Source: an uncultured Gemmatimonadaceae bacterium
Lineage (GTDB): Bacteria > Gemmatimonadota > Gemmatimonadetes > Gemmatimonadales > Gemmatimonadaceae
Reading direction: 5' to 3'
Length of the DNA stretch: 64,000 bases
NCBI GenBank assembly: GCA_963740355.1
Contig: CAVUDW010000003.1
Location: forward strand, 1,152,001 to 1,216,000
In this document: in pieces, positions 30,173 to 38,030 of the stretch
How positions within the stretch are numbered: position 1 is the stretch's first letter
How the letters are laid out: every line of letters begins with the position of its first letter
The notes under the pieces: model-generated
What the model was told of the DNA's origin: nothing
What the model saw: the letters and a program-made list of their open reading frames with translations, nothing else
Databases searched by the model: none
Made by a program: the position numbers and the translations under genes

Positions 30173-30245
30173 AGCTGACGGCGAGAATCGAACTCGCAAC
30201 CGCCTGATTACAAATCAGGTGCTCTGCCAATTGAGCTACGTCAGC
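30173..30245 (-). tRNA. tRNA-Thr (TGT)
   Basis: GCTGACGTAGCTCAATTGGCAGAGCACCTGATTTGTAATCAGGCGGTTGCGAGTTCGATTCTCGCCGTCAGCT. Confidence 0.97.
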
Positions 30246-30276
30246 CTGACGTACCAAACCCTGCCGAGAGCCTCAC

Positions 30277-30305
30277 AACCTAGCCCCGACGCGCCGGCAC
30301 TTCAA
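30277..30305 (-). promoter_or_regulatory. Putative sigma-70 promoter of tRNA-Thr/Tyr
   Basis: Minus strand TTGAAG-N17-TAGGTT. Confidence 0.6.
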
Positions 30306-30363
30306 CCGGGAGCGGCAGACGGCAGTCGTGCCCAGACGTCGCCACACCGCCTCGGAGGGCCTC

Positions 30364-30398
30364 AACTCCGTCCCCGTGAGCTCAGGAACTCCGTCCCC
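30364..30398 (-). repeat. REP-like GGGGACGGAGTT pair, inverted (right of tRNA operon)
   Basis: AACTCCGTCCCC at 30364 and AGGAACTCCGTCCCC at 30384. Confidence 0.65.
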
Positions 30399-30416
30399 CA
30401 ACACCGGCGCTCCTAC

Positions 30417-31832
30417 TCAGCCCTGAATCCGCTTCCAGGTCGTCCCCGCCGGACCATCCTCCAGTACGACCCCCTCCGCCGTCAGCTCGGCACGAATCCG
30501 ATCCGATTCGGCGAAATTCCGGCTGGCCCGTGCCGCGGCCCGCTGCGCGATCAGATCCTCCACCCGCGCCGCCAGCGCCTCGTCCGCCGCGACCGGCGAT
30601 GGAATGAGGTCCAGCACGCCGTTCATCACCGCAAACGCGCTCCGTGCCCGCTCCAGCGCCGCCACGTCCGTCCCACCCTGATCGAGCAGTGCGTTGGCCC
30701 GATTCACGAAGGTGTGCAGCGTGCCAAGCGCCTGTGGTGCATTGAGATCCTTCGACAACGCCGCACGGAAGTCGGCTTCGGCTTCCACCGCCGCTGACGT
30801 CAACTCGACCGGCGCACCGCTGGCGGACGCGAGACGCGCGGCCAGATCGCCAATCCGACGCACCGCACGACGTGCACCTTCCAGCGCATCGGTGCTCAGG
30901 TTGAGCTGCTGGCGATAGTGCGTGCTGAACATGAAGTGACGCGCCGCCGCGCCATCGAGCCCTTCTTCCTTCAGCTCCGCCACACCCCACACATTGCCGA
31001 CGCGCTTCGCCATCTTCGCGCTGTCGACGAGCAGGAATTCGCCATGGCACCAGCACCGCGCGAACACCTTGCCCGTCGCGGCCTCGCTCTGCGCGATTTC
31101 GTCTTCGTGGTGCGGGAAGATCAGGTCGACACCACCGGCGTGCAGGTCGATCGTCTCGCCCAGGATGTCCATCGCCATCGCGGAGCATTCGAGATGCCAC
31201 CCCGGACGACCCCGACCCCACGGCGATTCCCACGCGGCCTCGACACGCTCGTCCTCTTCCTTGGCCGCCTTCCAGAGCGCAAAATCCTGCGCGTTGTCCT
31301 TCGTGTATTCGTCCTGGCTCACGCGCGCGCCCGACTTGATCTCGCGAGTGTCGAGGCGTGAGAGCCGCCCGTACTCAGGGAACTTGTCGATCGCGAAATA
31401 CACCGACTGGTCATCGGCCTGATAGGCGACGCCCTTCGCGATCAACTGCTCGACCAGCGTGATCATCTGCGGGATGTAATCCGTGGCCCGCGGATAGTGC
31501 TCCGCAGGCTGGATGCGCAGGTACTCCCGATGCTCGTGGAAGATCTCCACCACCGGATCGGTGACCTGACGAATCGTGAGCCCGCGCTCGTTGGCCCGCT
31601 TGATGATCTTGTCGTCGACATCGGTAAGGTTCATCACCTGCTCGACCGACCATCCCTTGAGCGCCAGCGACCGCCGCAGCAGATCCTCGAAGAGGAACGT
31701 GCGGAAGTTGCCCAGATGCGCCGGGTTGTAGACCGTCGGGCCGCAGGTATACATGCGCACGCGCTGACCGTCGGCCGGAGCAAACGGCTCGACGACCCGC
31801 GTCAACGTGTTGTAAAGAAGAAACTCGCTCAT
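30417..31832 (-). CDS. cysS: Cysteine--tRNA ligase
   Basis: YTCGPTVY..HLGN, DFALWK, GRPGWHLECSAM, DLIFPHHE, KMAKR. Confidence 0.97.
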   Translation of the reverse strand: MSEFLLYNTLTRVVEPFAPADGQRVRMYTCGPTVYNPAHLGNFRTFLFEDLLRRSLALKGWSVEQVMNLTDVDDKIIKRANERGLTIRQVTDPVVEIFHEHREYLRIQPAEHYPRATDYIPQMITLVEQLIAKGVAYQADDQSVYFAIDKFPEYGRLSRLDTREIKSGARVSQDEYTKDNAQDFALWKAAKEEDERVEAAWESPWGRGRPGWHLECSAMAMDILGETIDLHAGGVDLIFPHHEDEIAQSEAATGKVFARCWCHGEFLLVDSAKMAKRVGNVWGVAELKEEGLDGAAARHFMFSTHYRQQLNLSTDALEGARRAVRRIGDLAARLASASGAPVELTSAAVEAEADFRAALSKDLNAPQALGTLHTFVNRANALLDQGGTDVAALERARSAFAVMNGVLDLIPSPVAADEALAARVEDLIAQRAAARASRNFAESDRIRAELTAEGVVLEDGPAGTTWKRIQG

Positions 31833-31927
31833 CGATTCCAGGCAGGGACGGCGTGTGACGTCTACCAGCAGACGTCCTTGCGTCGACTGGGCCGATCACT
31901 GCACCCGTCGTAACACACCTCGAGAAG

Positions 31928-32536
31928 CTACTGATCCGGGCCACCCGGTGCCACACGATCACCAGCACCTTCGGCCACCATCCGGGCGGGCGCGCTCCAC
32001 GCGGGCACCGGCGCCCCGCTGGCACTCGGCAATGGCCGCAACTGACCGCCTGCCAACTCGAGGATCGCCCAGGGCCACTCCGCCGGTGTGACCGGCGCCG
32101 CCACCAGTGCCGCACCACCCGCCGACAGCCAGGGCGACAGCAGTTGCACCATCGCTCGCACATCAGGTTCGGGCGCGCGTTCGATCAAGGCGGCATCGAG
32201 AATCACGAGGCCCGGCGGTACGCCGTCGCGCCGCTGCACCGCGCGTGGGGCATCACCCGCAGGCGCATACCGCACACCCGTCAAGCCGCGCGGGCTCCAA
32301 CGCACACTCCCGGAATCACAGCGCGCCACGCCAGCCGCGATGGCACAGAGCATCGAGCGAGCCAGTGGCAACGCACCGGTGACCGCCAACGCCTCACCCG
32401 GCAAAAGCTGCAACGAGACGCCACCCAAAACCGTGACCCGCACTCGACAGGCGCCAGCGCCTGCGGTGATCACCTTGCGAACATTCTTCAGGACGAGCTG
32501 CGGTCCTGTGACGAACTGAAAACCAGCGTGCGACAT
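31928..32536 (-). CDS. Degenerate ABC-ATPase-like protein
   Basis: VLGGVSLQLLPGEALAVTG...G...DSGSV, LVILD; Walker A replaced by GALPLARS. Confidence 0.55.
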   Translation of the reverse strand: MSHAGFQFVTGPQLVLKNVRKVITAGAGACRVRVTVLGGVSLQLLPGEALAVTGALPLARSMLCAIAAGVARCDSGSVRWSPRGLTGVRYAPAGDAPRAVQRRDGVPPGLVILDAALIERAPEPDVRAMVQLLSPWLSAGGAALVAAPVTPAEWPWAILELAGGQLRPLPSASGAPVPAWSAPARMVAEGAGDRVAPGGPDQ

Positions 32537-32645
32537 GTGGCACTCCGATGGCTGATGACGCCACCACTATTGCACACGTCGCAGCCTGCACCGTCACCGA
32601 AACTCGCCAGCACTCATCATTCTTGCGCGTGTGGCCGAAACGAGA

Positions 32646-32670
32646 ACGGGGCCCCACCGCAGGGCCCCGT
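32646..32670 (-). terminator. Hairpin after the phosphoesterase gene
   Basis: ACGGGGCCC / GGGCCCCGT inverted repeat followed by T-rich sequence on the minus strand. Confidence 0.6.
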
Positions 32671-32723
32671 CCCACCATCGTTACTCAGACTTTCGACTTT
32701 CACTCAGCTCGATTCACGCCAGA

Positions 32724-33875
32724 TCACGGAACTGGAACGAACACCTGCGCCCAGCTGAAGACCGCAGGCGACTTCGGGTCGATCGTGAGCTTCACCCAGT
32801 CGATGTCCGCCTCGATGCTGCGGTCCACGACGAGCTGCGTGACGTTCGGCACCGGCGCAACGCCATAAAGGCTGAACCAGGGCACACCTGCGTCGACGCG
32901 AAACTCGTGGCTGTCGCCGCTGATCATCAGGACCGGCTTGCGGAACCGCGTCGCGAGGGTGGCGATGCGCTGTACGAATGCCGTGTGGGCGCTGAAGTCT
33001 GCACCAGCGGCTCGATCGTCAGGTGCCCACAGGTCGGCCTGCAGGATCAGGACGACGCCTTTCGCATGCTCTTCACGCGCTTCCTCGAAGGTGCGCTCCA
33101 GCCAGCGGAGATTGGCCGCATCACGTGCGGCCCACTCGGCTTCACGCGCGGCGCCTTCCGCCGCTGTTTCCGGCCGAGCCACCGTGACGAGCGGCGTCAA
33201 CGAGGTTGTGTCCTTGCGGTCGCCAAACCAACTCGCACGACCATTGTTCGACCCAATCACATGGAATGTCGAAAACGCCACACCCGCGGCCATCCACGAG
33301 GCATTTTCGGGATAGTTTCGCTGCGCATCGATACGCTTCGGCGCCGCGCCAAGCGTGAACCCTGGGCGAGAAAAGAACAGCTCGCGGATCTTCGCCAGGC
33401 GATTGATCGGGTTGTACCCGCCATTGTTGGCGCGGTGGCAATCCGTCCACTCATTGTCACCGATGCTGTACACGAGCGGATCGCGGAACGTCCGGAACTG
33501 GTCGGCAATCTGCTGGAACCATTCGTCAGAGCACTTTGTGCTGCCCGACTTGATGTCGCCAACGTGAATGGCACGGCTGACATTCGCATCGGCATTGATC
33601 GAGCCGATCAGGGTCGGCATCAGCGACAAAGCCGTCTGCGGCGTGCGCGGCTCGTACGGAACGTCGCCAATCACGGCGTACGTCACCGCGCGATTCTCGT
33701 CGTCGTCATCGCGATCATCGCCGCGATCGTGCTTGTAGCTGCCGTCAACGCCGCCGGACTGGGCTCGGAGGTCGACCTGGTTCGCCGCCGTGAGAGGCGT
33801 GCCGTCCTGCGCGCAGCCGGAGGCGAGGACGCCCATGGCGAGGGCGAGCCATAGGCCCGTGGTGGTACGCTGCAT
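32724..33875 (-). CDS. Calcineurin-like metallophosphoesterase lipoprotein
   Basis: ASGC lipobox; IGDVPY, HVGDIKSG, GDNEWTDC, GDSH. Confidence 0.85.
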   Translation of the reverse strand: MQRTTTGLWLALAMGVLASGCAQDGTPLTAANQVDLRAQSGGVDGSYKHDRGDDRDDDDENRAVTYAVIGDVPYEPRTPQTALSLMPTLIGSINADANVSRAIHVGDIKSGSTKCSDEWFQQIADQFRTFRDPLVYSIGDNEWTDCHRANNGGYNPINRLAKIRELFFSRPGFTLGAAPKRIDAQRNYPENASWMAAGVAFSTFHVIGSNNGRASWFGDRKDTTSLTPLVTVARPETAAEGAAREAEWAARDAANLRWLERTFEEAREEHAKGVVLILQADLWAPDDRAAGADFSAHTAFVQRIATLATRFRKPVLMISGDSHEFRVDAGVPWFSLYGVAPVPNVTQLVVDRSIEADIDWVKLTIDPKSPAVFSWAQVFVPVP

Positions 33876-33990
33876 CGTGCTTCCCGGGAATGGAATGGAG
33901 TGGAGTATCGTGCCAGTCCATTCAGCCGGTCGTCCAACACGGGCGACTTCACAGAAATGTCCCCGAAGTGTCACGATCCGTCGGGCACCC

Positions 33991-35052
33991 TCAGCGTAAG
34001 GCGACCCTCGCCTCGTGCACGGCAAGGATGGCGTCAGCAATCGGCGACGGATCGAATCGCACGGGGTCAGTGGCCGGCAACCGTGTCTCGGCCATGGCCC
34101 GCTCGATGGCGTCACGCGCCGCCTCATCGCTGAGATCGTAGGTATTCATCGCGACCGCAATCGTCGGCGCAAAACGCAATGGCGTGGTCACCGCATCGTG
34201 CAATGCGATCAACGACTTCAGCGACGGGATCTTCACCCACTCGTTGTTGCGGATCGCAACCCGTGACGGCTGCGTGCACAACACCAGCGCATGCGGCAGC
34301 GAGCCATGGATCAGGCCATACGTCACGCCGGAGAAGCCCGGATGAATCAGGCTGCCCTGCCCTTCCACCAACACGATGTCAGCATCCTTCGCGGATTCCA
34401 GTACCAGCCGTTCCGCCGCGCCACCGATGAAGTCTGCAACCACGGCGTCGACCGAAATGCCCTTGCCGTCGATGAAGATGCCCGTCTGCCCTGTGCCGGC
34501 GAACGCCACACGGACGCCGCGATCCTTGAGCGCTTCGCGCACCGCGAGCTGCGTCGTCATCTTGCCGATGTTGCAGTCGCTGCCGACCGTCAGGATCACC
34601 GTCGCGTCGCACTCGCGCACACGTCCCGATGACACCGGAAGATCCGTGGGCGGCTTGCGCACATCGAGAATGTCGACGCCGCGCTCCTGCGCCATCGCCT
34701 TGAATTCCGGATCGTCGCCGATGAAGACGTGCAACCCGCTCCAGATGTGCAGTCCCGCATCGATCGCCGCACGCAACACCGGACGCCAGGCATCCGGCAG
34801 CTGGCCACCCGCAGGCGCGATGCCGATCAGCAGGATGTTCGGGTCGAGCGGCAATCCCGCAGCCACCGATGCCACCACTGGAATGGCGCCGCCAAAGCCG
34901 AGCACATCCTGCACCGTCTTGCCGGCATTCACCGTGTCCAGCACACCGACCACCTGCTCCGGTGTGAAGCGAATGCAGCCAACGGCGGTCTTCGACGAGT
35001 GTACGCCGAACGCGCCGTCAGCGAGGATCAGGTAGCGGGGGGTGAGCGTCAT
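33991..35052 (-). CDS. DUF1611 family P-loop protein (DgcN-like)
   Basis: SKTAVG, GIAPAGG, SGLH, GSDCNIGKMTT, TGQTG, EGQGSL.HP. Confidence 0.88.
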   Translation of the reverse strand: MTLTPRYLILADGAFGVHSSKTAVGCIRFTPEQVVGVLDTVNAGKTVQDVLGFGGAIPVVASVAAGLPLDPNILLIGIAPAGGQLPDAWRPVLRAAIDAGLHIWSGLHVFIGDDPEFKAMAQERGVDILDVRKPPTDLPVSSGRVRECDATVILTVGSDCNIGKMTTQLAVREALKDRGVRVAFAGTGQTGIFIDGKGISVDAVVADFIGGAAERLVLESAKDADIVLVEGQGSLIHPGFSGVTYGLIHGSLPHALVLCTQPSRVAIRNNEWVKIPSLKSLIALHDAVTTPLRFAPTIAVAMNTYDLSDEAARDAIERAMAETRLPATDPVRFDPSPIADAILAVHEARVALR

Positions 35053-35082
35053 GCTCCCAACCTAAAGCCCCGGGGAAATCCG

Positions 35083-35192
35083 GGAATCCGGTGACAGAAA
35101 TCCGGTGACAGTGCACACTTTTCCGGCCTGTGGCCGAAAAGTGTGCACTGTCACCGGATTTCCACCAATTGTGTGCACTGTCACCGGATTCC
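35083..35192. repeat. REP-like cluster (ATCCGGTGACAGTGCACAC) with a 27-bp perfect inverted repeat
   Basis: GAAATCCGGTGACAGTGCACACTTTTC (35097-35123) / reverse complement (35136-35162), plus extra partial copies. Confidence 0.85.
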
Positions 35193-35212
35193 GCGACCGC
35201 GACCGCACCAGA

Positions 35213-35397
35213 AACTGCAACAGCAATGGGGGGGAGGCCACGGAGCTCACGGAGTGCGTTGAGGGCCGCCGTCAGCGCAGCGCGACCTTCCGAGCTGTTG
35301 AAAACAAGAGAGTGGGGGCGCTGAAGAATTGGTTGCCACTGGAGCACTCCGTGAGCTCCGTGGCCTCCCCCCCAATGCAGTTGCTTTTAGCAGTTGC
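35213..35397. mobile_element. MITE-like element with 31-bp perfect inverted repeats
   Basis: TGGGGGGGAGGCCACGGAGCTCACGGAGTGC (35227-35257) and its reverse complement (35344-35374); imperfect outer arms AACTGC..AGCAA / TTGCT..GCAGTT. Confidence 0.6.
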
Positions 35398-35450
35398 TCT
35401 GAAGGCGTGCTGTGGCAGTCGCCTTCCGCGGCACCGCGCGCGAAACGCAC

Positions 35451-36632
35451 TTAAGCGACTGCGGCCCGCTCCGCCATCGCGATCAGGTCCGGCAAGGTGC
35501 CAGCGGGCAGGATCACGCCACCTTCAGGCGCGGGCACGCGCAGGACCATCGTGCGATCGACCGGCAAGGGCCGCTCGGCGGCGCCCTGGTAGATGCGGTT
35601 CACCAGCACGCGGCGCACGATGACGGTCAGGACCACCAGCAGCGGCACAGCGACCACCAGACCGACGGGGCCGAGCAACTGGCCGAAGATCAGCACCGAC
35701 ATGATGCTCAGCACCGGCGGCAGCTTGACCTGGTTCTGCGTGATCAACGGCAGCACCAGGTTGCTCTCGATCAGGTGAATCACCGTGCCGAGGATGATCA
35801 CGCCGAGCACACGCCACGGATCGCCGTCGCTGGCGAGGACGAACAGTGCGGGGATCGTCGTGCTGATCAACGTGCCGAAGAACGGCACGATGGCGACGGC
35901 GCCGGTGAAGATGCCGAAGGTGAGCCAGTACGGGACCTGCAACGCCGCCAGGCCGATGGCCGTGAGCACAGCAAGAATCACCATGCCGAGCAATTGACCC
36001 GTGATCCATGACCGCAGGTCACGCGCGATCTCGAGCAACACGTCGCGCACCAATTCGCGCTGCGTCGGCGGGAAGAGCGCGATCAACCATTCGCGATAGT
36101 CGGCAGGCCGGCGCGCGAGGTACAACGACATCACCATCAGCGCGAACCCATCGATCGCAAGATGGAGCAACCCGAAGACCTTCGGCAGCAAGCCCTCGAG
36201 CTGCGAGCTGGCCTGCTCGTAGAGGACCGACAGGGCCTTGTGGTCTTCCGTCGCCAGATACGCCTTCAGCGGCGGAATGCGCTCGCCGAGCTTGACGATC
36301 TGATTCTCGAGGCCGGAGATGTATTTCGGCAACTCGAGCGCGAGCGCACGTGTCTGCTCGGCAAAGGGCGGCACGAGAATCGTGATCAGCCCCACCAGCG
36401 CACCAAGCGACAGGACCACGGCGCCGAGCAACGCCAGCGACGACGGCATGCGCAGGCGCACCGTCAGCACATCGGCCACGGCACGCAGGAAGAGCGACAG
36501 CAGGACGGCGATGAAGAGCAGCAGGAAGACGTTCGATGCCTTCACCACCAGCCAGAGCAGTGCCACGGTGACGATCGTGCCGAACAGCACGGGCGCGAAC
36601 CGCAAACGTGGCACTGCCTTGCCAGCATTCAC
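35451..36632 (-). CDS. AI-2E family transporter
   Basis: TM pattern; WITGQLL, IVPFFG, ESNLVLP, GLVVAVP. Confidence 0.88.
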   Translation of the reverse strand: MNAGKAVPRLRFAPVLFGTIVTVALLWLVVKASNVFLLLFIAVLLSLFLRAVADVLTVRLRMPSSLALLGAVVLSLGALVGLITILVPPFAEQTRALALELPKYISGLENQIVKLGERIPPLKAYLATEDHKALSVLYEQASSQLEGLLPKVFGLLHLAIDGFALMVMSLYLARRPADYREWLIALFPPTQRELVRDVLLEIARDLRSWITGQLLGMVILAVLTAIGLAALQVPYWLTFGIFTGAVAIVPFFGTLISTTIPALFVLASDGDPWRVLGVIILGTVIHLIESNLVLPLITQNQVKLPPVLSIMSVLIFGQLLGPVGLVVAVPLLVVLTVIVRRVLVNRIYQGAAERPLPVDRTMVLRVPAPEGGVILPAGTLPDLIAMAERAAVA

Positions 36633-36675
36633 TGCGACACGCTCACGACATCGCAGTGATTGTTCGACAGACTGT

Positions 36676-37467
36676 TCATGACGCCGGTGAGGTGTCGTCG
36701 AGGTGTTCGTAATCGGCTTCGGTGATGTCCGATGTCCCGGCAGCGCCCTTCGGCAGCTGCTTCGCCTGCGGAGACGAACCCGCCGGCAACATCCCCATCT
36801 TCTGCTTCAGCTCGAGCAGGCGTGCCTCGGCGCTGAGGCCACCGGCGGCCTTCTCCAGCTTCTTGAAATCCGACTGCAGGCGATCGCCGCTGAACTCTTC
36901 CTCGATCTCGGCGCTGGCCGTGAGGCGGCGTTCGTTCTGCTCGATCTTTTCTTCCATGCGGGCGAAGGCTTCGAAGGCACTCTTCTCGCTCAGCCCCGAC
37001 ATCGTGTTCTGGATGCGGGCCTGGGCCTCGGCGCGACGGGCGCGCGCGAGCAGCAGGTTCTTCTTGCGCTTCGCTTCCTCGATCTTGTCATTCAGGTCGC
37101 GGAGCAGCGACTTCAGCTTCTCCGTCTCGGCCTGATGCGTTTCCCACGTGCGCTGCAGCGTCGTCGCATGTTCGGCGTGTTCACTCTGCCGCATGAGGGC
37201 CTGACGGGCGAGGTCGTCGCGGTTCTGCTGGATGGCCAGCATGGCGCGCTGTTCCCACTCGCCTGCCTGCTTGAACTCCTGATCGGCCTGGTCGCGAAGA
37301 CGCTTCTCGTCGGCGATCGCGGCTGCGACCTGCTGCTTGGCCTTGGCCAGCTGCGAGCGCATGTCGAGGATCGACTGCTCGAGCAGCTTTTCCGGTTCCT
37401 CAGCCTTCGAGATCAGGTCGTTCAGGTTCGCTTTGATCAGCGATGAAAGGCGGTCGAAGAGTCCCAT
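36676..37467 (-). CDS. pspA: PspA/IM30 family protein
   Basis: MGLFDRLSSLIKANLNDLISKAEEPEK; long coiled coil; AFARMEEKI. Confidence 0.93.
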   Translation of the reverse strand: MGLFDRLSSLIKANLNDLISKAEEPEKLLEQSILDMRSQLAKAKQQVAAAIADEKRLRDQADQEFKQAGEWEQRAMLAIQQNRDDLARQALMRQSEHAEHATTLQRTWETHQAETEKLKSLLRDLNDKIEEAKRKKNLLLARARRAEAQARIQNTMSGLSEKSAFEAFARMEEKIEQNERRLTASAEIEEEFSGDRLQSDFKKLEKAAGGLSAEARLLELKQKMGMLPAGSSPQAKQLPKGAAGTSDITEADYEHLDDTSPAS

Positions 37468-37471
37468 TGAA

Positions 37472-37879
37472 TCAGTGGACCTCGCGGAACGGGGCGAGCT
37501 CGCGCATGGAGTGCGACGCGAGGGCGAGCGTCATGCTCTCGTAGGAAGCGAGGAACTCGGAGTAGTCGAGGTTCGCCAGGTCGAGCGTATCGGTGAGGAT
37601 GATGTCGTTGCCCGAGATGCCGTACGCCGCGTGCGAGAGATCGGTGGCGTTCAGCTCCAGCAGGCGACGAAACAATCCGCTGGCGCTCGACGCGTCATCC
37701 GGGACTGGCATGACGTTCATGCGCATCAGGAGCACGGGCGGGGTCAGGTTGACGACCACCTGTGCGTCCGGCGTACCGCCCGGGCGGACGACGTACATGC
37801 CGGGCTCGACTTCAGAATAGCTGGCGCCTTCTGCGCCCAGACGGACGAGAAAGCTTTCCAGATCTTCGCGACTGACCAT
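37472..37879 (-). CDS. CesT/YbjN-like chaperone-fold protein
   Basis: LFRRLLELNATDL.HAAYG...L.DTL...NLD..EF pattern; 4 bp upstream of pspA. Confidence 0.75.
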   Translation of the reverse strand: MVSREDLESFLVRLGAEGASYSEVEPGMYVVRPGGTPDAQVVVNLTPPVLLMRMNVMPVPDDASSASGLFRRLLELNATDLSHAAYGISGNDIILTDTLDLANLDYSEFLASYESMTLALASHSMRELAPFREVH

Positions 37880-38030
37880 GTGGTGCCTCGGGTTGGGTGC
37901 CGTCTCACCGTACGCAGGCGAGGTCGACATGTTTCGGTACGACACGCGAAGCTACGGCTTCGCGGGAAGGGACGGCAACCACGAGCCGCCCTTCCCGCCG
38001 ACTTCGCGCCTCGGATGTCTACCCCAGCCC

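Noticed and set aside
29859..30797. ORFs spanning the tRNA genes (also 191..625 over tRNA-Gly)
   Set aside because: They overlap clear tRNAs and cysS; spurious
33900..33916. TGGCACG on the minus strand upstream of the phosphoesterase gene as a sigma-54 promoter
   Set aside because: No GC at the -12 position (reads CA)
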